The position numbers and the translations under genes are program-made. From Planctomycetota bacterium (GTDB lineage Bacteria; Planctomycetota; Planctomycetia; Pirellulales; UBA1268), in assembly GCA_018970785.1 (NCBI GenBank), contig JAGWVR010000006.1, forward strand, positions 1,022 through 65,021: a stretch of 64,000 bases of DNA, read 5' to 3'. Within the stretch, counting starts at the first letter, position 1; every line of letters starts with the position of its first letter. Positions 59,329 through 64,000 of this stretch are shown here, piece by piece. The notes beneath the pieces are model-generated. The model was given only the letters and a program-made list of their open reading frames with translations, had not been told where the DNA came from and did not search any database.

Positions 59329-61266
59329 GTGAACGACGATTCATCGAGGGCGTCGGCGATCGGAGGCTCTCCGGCCCACCGGGACCGCCTCCCCGCCGAT
59401 ACCGGCGCCGCGCCGGCCGCCAATGGCCAGCGGACCGGGCTGGGCACCGGGACCCGTCCCGGCGGTGCCCTGCCTGATTGGTGTCCGTCGTGGGCGGAGC
59501 GGCTCGGCGACGCCTACCTGTCGGGCACGAGTTGCGTCTTCCTGGTGCATGGCAACGTCCGCGATCTGGTGCCGCTCGGCCCCGAGTCGGCGGCGACGAC
59601 GACACCTGCGGCCGATCCGGCGGCGGCTTTCGGAACCGTCGGTGACTTCCTCGCCCGCGAGGTCTTCGGCAGCTGGGACGTGGTCCTGGCCTACGACGTC
59701 GGCAAGGGGCTGCGGCCGTTGGCCGGATCCGATCCGTCGCGGTTGCGCACGATGGTGCAATGGCTTTCCGAGCGGCTCGGCAACGCCTCGGCCTGGCCGC
59801 GCGAGCCCGATGCCGCCCTGGCCGCGATCGACGCGATCCTCGACCGGAATCTCACGGATCCTCCCGAGCAGCGCAAGAAGATCGCCGTCTTCCTCGACCA
59901 TGCCCAGTACCTCGTGCCCGACGGCGATACCGCGAGCGCCTCGCGCGGTACCGCCGGCAGGCTCGTCCGGGTCGTCGGCTGGGCGACCAATCCACTGCTC
60001 CGTCGTGTCAACGTCGCGATCGTGCTGCTCGCCGAGACGATGGCCGAGGTCCACCCGCGTCTCGTCACCAATCCGGCGGTGACTGCGATCGAGGTGCCGC
60101 TCCCAGACGCCGACGAACGGCGCCGCTTCGCCCTGGCCACCGCGAGTGCCGTGGGCGTGCCGGCCGGACAGATGGACGCCGTCGAGCGCATGGCGAAGCT
60201 CTCCGCCGGCCTCTCGCTCGAGAGCATCAGGGCGATCGTCACGCTGTCGGCGCGGGAGGGCACGGCGCCCGACGGAGCCGAATTCGGCGCCAAGAAAAAG
60301 GATCTCATCGAGCGGTCGTGCCGGGGGCTGATCGAGTTCATCCAGCCACGCCTGACGCTCGACAACGTCGCCGGTCACGAGGCCGCGAAGGCACGCCTCG
60401 AGGCCGATGCCAAGGCGATCCGTCGTGGCCAGCTCGATGCCGCACCGATGGGCTACCTGATCTGCGGGCCGGTGGGTACCGGCAAGAGCTTCATCGCCGA
60501 GTGCTACGCCGGCAGCGTCGGGATCCCGTGCGTGGAGTTGAAGAACTTCCGCAGCAAGTACGTCGGCGAGACCGAGGGCAATCTCGAGCACGCCCTCGGC
60601 GTGCTCCGCAGCCTCGGCCCGGTGGTGGTGATCATCGACGAGGCCGATGCGGCCCTCGGCAACCGTGAGTCCGGTGGTGACTCAGGAACCAGCGCCCGGG
60701 TGTTCTCGATGATCGCCCGGCAGATGGGAGACACCCGCTACCGCGGCAAGATCGTCTGGATGCTCCTCACCAGCCGCCCTGATCGCCTCCCCATCGACCT
60801 CAAGCGACAGGGGCGGGCGGAGGTCCACATTCCCCTCTTCTATCCACACGATCAGGCTGAGATGGAGGCGATGTTCCAGGCGATGGCGCGGAAATGCCGC
60901 GTGAAGCTGGCGCCGGGCCTGCCGGGGCCGGTGGATCTCGAACTCGGCCTGTCCGGGGCCGACATCGAGAGCATCGTCCTGGCGGCGCGCCGCAAGGGGC
61001 TCGAGCGCGCCGCCGCCGCTGCCGAGGAAGGGCGACCGGCTCCCGGCGGCGACGAGATCGGCGTTGCCGATTTCCAGGAGGCACTCACCGACTTCCTTCC
61101 CTCGGCGCAGGGCTTGGAGAAGGAAGCCCAGGAGATCGCCGCCGTCCTCGAATGCACCGAAAAGCGCTTCCTGCCCGAGCGCTGGCGCGAAGCCGTCAGC
61201 CGCCCCGGCGGGCGCGCCGACCTGCAGGAGCGGATGGCTGAGCTGCGCGACATGGCGGGCACCTGA
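59329..61266 (+). CDS. Classical-clade AAA+ ATPase with degenerate N-terminal AAA-like domain
   Basis: GPVGTGKS, pore loop SKYVGETE, IIDEAD, TSRPDRLPIDLKRQGR (SRH), LSGADIE; N-terminal half FLVHGNVRD lacks a Walker A; start uncertain. Confidence 0.88.
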   Translation: MNDDSSRASAIGGSPAHRDRLPADTGAAPAANGQRTGLGTGTRPGGALPDWCPSWAERLGDAYLSGTSCVFLVHGNVRDLVPLGPESAATTTPAADPAAAFGTVGDFLAREVFGSWDVVLAYDVGKGLRPLAGSDPSRLRTMVQWLSERLGNASAWPREPDAALAAIDAILDRNLTDPPEQRKKIAVFLDHAQYLVPDGDTASASRGTAGRLVRVVGWATNPLLRRVNVAIVLLAETMAEVHPRLVTNPAVTAIEVPLPDADERRRFALATASAVGVPAGQMDAVERMAKLSAGLSLESIRAIVTLSAREGTAPDGAEFGAKKKDLIERSCRGLIEFIQPRLTLDNVAGHEAAKARLEADAKAIRRGQLDAAPMGYLICGPVGTGKSFIAECYAGSVGIPCVELKNFRSKYVGETEGNLEHALGVLRSLGPVVVIIDEADAALGNRESGGDSGTSARVFSMIARQMGDTRYRGKIVWMLLTSRPDRLPIDLKRQGRAEVHIPLFYPHDQAEMEAMFQAMARKCRVKLAPGLPGPVDLELGLSGADIESIVLAARRKGLERAAAAAEEGRPAPGGDEIGVADFQEALTDFLPSAQGLEKEAQEIAAVLECTEKRFLPERWREAVSRPGGRADLQERMAELRDMAGT

Positions 61267-61350
61267 GCCACGCCCGCGAAGCACCGACGCCGTTCCGCCC
61301 GTCGAGACCGTTTTCCCGTTGGCCGATCCGAAACCCCCGAGGAGTTCACC

Positions 61351-61656
61351 ATGGCCCGTGGTTCCAGCCCCAGCACCCCCTGGTTCGACGCCACCACCGA
61401 GGCGCCGCTGCTGCAGGAGTACGCGCGGAAGCTCGACTCGTTCGTCGACGCGGTCGCCGACGGGCGTGTCGATTCGAAGGAAGTCGAGGACCAGGAGAAG
61501 CGGCTCGTGGCCCTGATGAAGGAGGTCGAGCCACTCCTCTCCCCCGAGGCCCACGAGAAGGTGACCAAGCTGCTGTGCGAGGTCACGGCCTACGACCTGA
61601 TGAACATGCTTCACATGGCGGGCCGGGCGCGGCCGCGGACCCGGTTTCAGGGTTGA
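61351..61656 (+). CDS. Small alpha-helical hypothetical protein
   Basis: GAGGAG RBS; 101 aa; in operon between the AAA ATPase and the SBP-OmpA fusion. Confidence 0.8.
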   Translation: MARGSSPSTPWFDATTEAPLLQEYARKLDSFVDAVADGRVDSKEVEDQEKRLVALMKEVEPLLSPEAHEKVTKLLCEVTAYDLMNMLHMAGRARPRTRFQG

Positions 61657-61700
61657 TCTGACGGCGGTCACGATCCGGTCGGTTTTTCACGAGGGACACG

Positions 61701-63470
61701 ATGGCGAACGAACCCAAGGCTCCGTTCTGGCTGGCGGTGTGGGCGGTGATCCTCGGACTGGTCGCCCTGGCCGCGTGGCGGGCCGGGATGTTCGGCGACC
61801 GCCCCGTGCCGGCGCCGCGTGCCGCCCCGATGGCCGGGGGGCCCGGCCCGGGCGGTGGTGGACCGGCGCCGGGGGGGGACGGTGGGAGCGGCACCGAGGG
61901 GCCCATGTCCGAGGCCCCCGACGTCGCCGTGCCCACAACCGTGAAGGAATACACCTTCAAGCCCGCCGAGCGCCTGCCGCCGGTGAAGGGGGTCAGCGCC
62001 TACAAGCCGCTGGAAAACGACACCGTCCGCTTCGCCCTCAACGTCTGGGCCGGTTGGAGCCCGATCATCCTCGCCAACGACGGCTTCAAGCCGGGCAAGG
62101 TCTGGCAGGCGCCGGGGGGGCGTCCGTTCAAGGTCGAGCTGGTGCTGATCGACGACCCTGTCCAGATGCGGGATGCCTACGCGGCCGGTGAGGTCCACGT
62201 CGGCTGGGCGACGCTCGACATGCTGCCGTTGTTCGTCGACAGCTTCGCCAAGGATTCGCGGATCATGCCGCGCGTCTACCAGCAGGTCGACTTCTCCAAC
62301 GGTGGCGACGGGATCGTCGTCCGCGACACGATCAAGACGGTCAAGGATCTCGCCGGCAAGAAGCTCGTGATGGCGCAGAACTCGCCGAGCCAGTTCTTCG
62401 CCCTCAACATGCTCGTTGCCGGCGGGCTGCAGCCGGCGGACGTGGAGATGATCTACGTCACGACGGCGTTCGAGGCCGCCGCCGCCTTCAACCGCGACAA
62501 GAGCATCGCCGGTTGTGTGTCGTGGGCCCCGGACATCTACAACCTCGCCGAAGCCAAGGGCAACCGGATGCTGGTCACGACCAAGACCGCCAACCGGCTG
62601 ATCGCCGACGTCTGGTTCGCCCGGGCGGACTTCGCCAAGGATCACCCCGACAAGGTCGAGGCCCTCGTGCGCGGCATCTTCGACGCGATGAGCGAGCTGA
62701 ATCGCGAAGATGTCCGGGCCCGCGTCGCCCAGCTGATGGCCGACGGGTACACGATCCCGGCCGCCGACGCGCTGTCGATGCTCGGCGATGCCCACTCGAC
62801 CAACTGGGCCGAGAACTACCAGTTTTTCCTCAACCGCAACAATCCCGCCAATTTCGAGCGGATCTGGAAGCAGGCTTACTACCTGTACCGGAAGGTCGGG
62901 GCGATCTCCAACAATCCCGTGCCGTTCGATCAGGTGATGGATTTCTCGGTCCTGCAGAAACTCGGTACCGAGCCGAAATACGCCGAGACCAAGGACGAGT
63001 ACACCGCCGTGGTGCAGCCGCGGTCGGTCGGCCAGATCCGTGCCGAGAACGACGAGATCCTCACCAACACGATCGTCATCAAGTTCTTCCCGAACAGCTC
63101 CGAACTGCGGAAGACGGTGATCAAGAAGATCGACGGGAAGGACGTCGAACAGCCCTACGATCCGCGCGTCGACCTCGTACTCGACGAGGTGGCAGCCCTG
63201 GCGAAGCAGTTCGGCAACGCCCGGATCGTGATCGAGGGGCACACCGACAGTTCGATGAAGGGGGCCGTGCCGGCGGCGATGGTCAAGGAATTGTCGTTGC
63301 AGCGCGCCCGGGCGGTGAAGGAGGCGATCGTCGAGAAGTTCGACCTCGACGATAACCGCTTCGCCGTCGATGGCCTCGGCTGGGATCGGCCGGCCGACGA
63401 CGACCATCCCGACGACCATGCCCTCAACCGTCGCGTGGAGATCAAGGTGTACTCCGCGGAGAAGGAATGA
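61701..63470 (+). CDS. Membrane-anchored NMT1/TauA-like solute-binding protein fused to an OmpA-like peptidoglycan-binding domain
   Basis: N-terminal TM, Gly/Pro linker, WAGWSPIILAN, DFSNGGDGIVV; C-terminal F.PNSSEL, IEGHTDS, LSLQRARAV, NRRVEIKV. Confidence 0.88.
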   Translation: MANEPKAPFWLAVWAVILGLVALAAWRAGMFGDRPVPAPRAAPMAGGPGPGGGGPAPGGDGGSGTEGPMSEAPDVAVPTTVKEYTFKPAERLPPVKGVSAYKPLENDTVRFALNVWAGWSPIILANDGFKPGKVWQAPGGRPFKVELVLIDDPVQMRDAYAAGEVHVGWATLDMLPLFVDSFAKDSRIMPRVYQQVDFSNGGDGIVVRDTIKTVKDLAGKKLVMAQNSPSQFFALNMLVAGGLQPADVEMIYVTTAFEAAAAFNRDKSIAGCVSWAPDIYNLAEAKGNRMLVTTKTANRLIADVWFARADFAKDHPDKVEALVRGIFDAMSELNREDVRARVAQLMADGYTIPAADALSMLGDAHSTNWAENYQFFLNRNNPANFERIWKQAYYLYRKVGAISNNPVPFDQVMDFSVLQKLGTEPKYAETKDEYTAVVQPRSVGQIRAENDEILTNTIVIKFFPNSSELRKTVIKKIDGKDVEQPYDPRVDLVLDEVAALAKQFGNARIVIEGHTDSSMKGAVPAAMVKELSLQRARAVKEAIVEKFDLDDNRFAVDGLGWDRPADDDHPDDHALNRRVEIKVYSAEKE

Positions 63471-64000
63471 GCGACACCGTCGTCCGTGACGCCATGCCCC
63501 GGCCCCCCGCGGCGCCGCTGCGCGGCGAGACGACGGTGGCGATGGCGGCGTTGTGGGGGGTGACCAGCCTCGCGCTGGTCGCCGCGCTGTGGTTCCTCGC
63601 CACCGCCGGCGAGGCGGAGAGCCGGTTCATCGGGCCGGCCACGCTCCCCAGCCCGACCGAGACGGTCAGCGCCGCGCCGCGCGTGTTCGGCGAGGGGCGG
63701 CTCCCCACCAACACCGCCGTGACGCTCAAGCGCGTTGTGCTCGGCTTCGGACTGGCGGCCGCCGTCGGCGTGCCGCTCGGGGTGTTGGCGGCCTGCTTCG
63801 CGGAGCTGCGGGCGTTCCTCGCGCCGCTGACGATCTTCGGCCGCAACATCCCGGTCGCGGCCCTGATCCCGCTGACGTTCTTCTTCTTCGGCATCGGCGA
63901 GCTGCAGAAGGTGATGTTCCTGTTCATCGCCTGCGTCGCGTTCGTCGTCAGCGACACGACCGCCGCGGTCCGCGAGGTCCCGCAGCGCTACGTCGACACC
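63467..64000 (+). CDS. NitT/TauT family ABC transporter permease (truncated at window end)
   Basis: Hand translation from the ATGA overlap: LPSPTET, TLKRVVLGFGLAAAVGVPLG, RNIPVAALIPLTFFFFGIGELQKVMFLF. Confidence 0.88.
   Translation, partial: MSDTVVRDAMPRPPAAPLRGETTVAMAALWGVTSLALVAALWFLATAGEAESRFIGPATLPSPTETVSAAPRVFGEGRLPTNTAVTLKRVVLGFGLAAAVGVPLGVLAACFAELRAFLAPLTIFGRNIPVAALIPLTFFFFGIGELQKVMFLFIACVAFVVSDTTAAVREVPQRYVDT

Noticed and set aside
55033-64000. Genomic island integrated at tRNA-His
   Set aside because: No integrase, no att duplication and no compositional shift; the downstream genes look native.

Overview
Very GC-rich bacterial chromosomal DNA, most likely from a Planctomycetota genome. 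Support for this assignment: an LEPRxLL-type secreted protein, paired type I sulfatases, an ECF sigma/Ser-Thr kinase pair, a DUF1559-partner-type lipoprotein and a PEP-CTERM protein. The window holds about 50 protein genes and two tRNAs (Arg-CCG, His-GUG); no CRISPR array, IS element or prophage is visible. Two loci stand out. (1) A ~14 kb sulfur locus (1-14 kb) contains a sigma54-driven sulfate ABC operon (sbp-cysT-cysW-cysA-yezD-lipoprotein), a divergent enhancer-binding protein, a sulfatase, an operon cysK -> family 2 encapsulin shell with a cyclic-nucleotide-binding-fold insertion -> cysteine desulfurase with a cargo-loading-type N-terminal extension, and an SLC13 anion permease. (2) An operon at the right end (58.4-64 kb) encodes a PspA/IM30 (ESCRT-III superfamily) protein, a tandem classical-clade AAA+ ATPase, a small helical protein, a membrane-anchored solute-binding/OmpA fusion and an ABC permease; it is a candidate bacterial ESCRT-III/AAA membrane-remodelling module. 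The middle region is mostly housekeeping (hpf-ptsN-ptsH-ptsI, rne, rplU, UbiD, rarA, dtd, ppk2) plus secreted hydrolases and two enzymes with degenerate active sites. All product calls come from motif recognition by eye, with no database searches, and start codons are best estimates.
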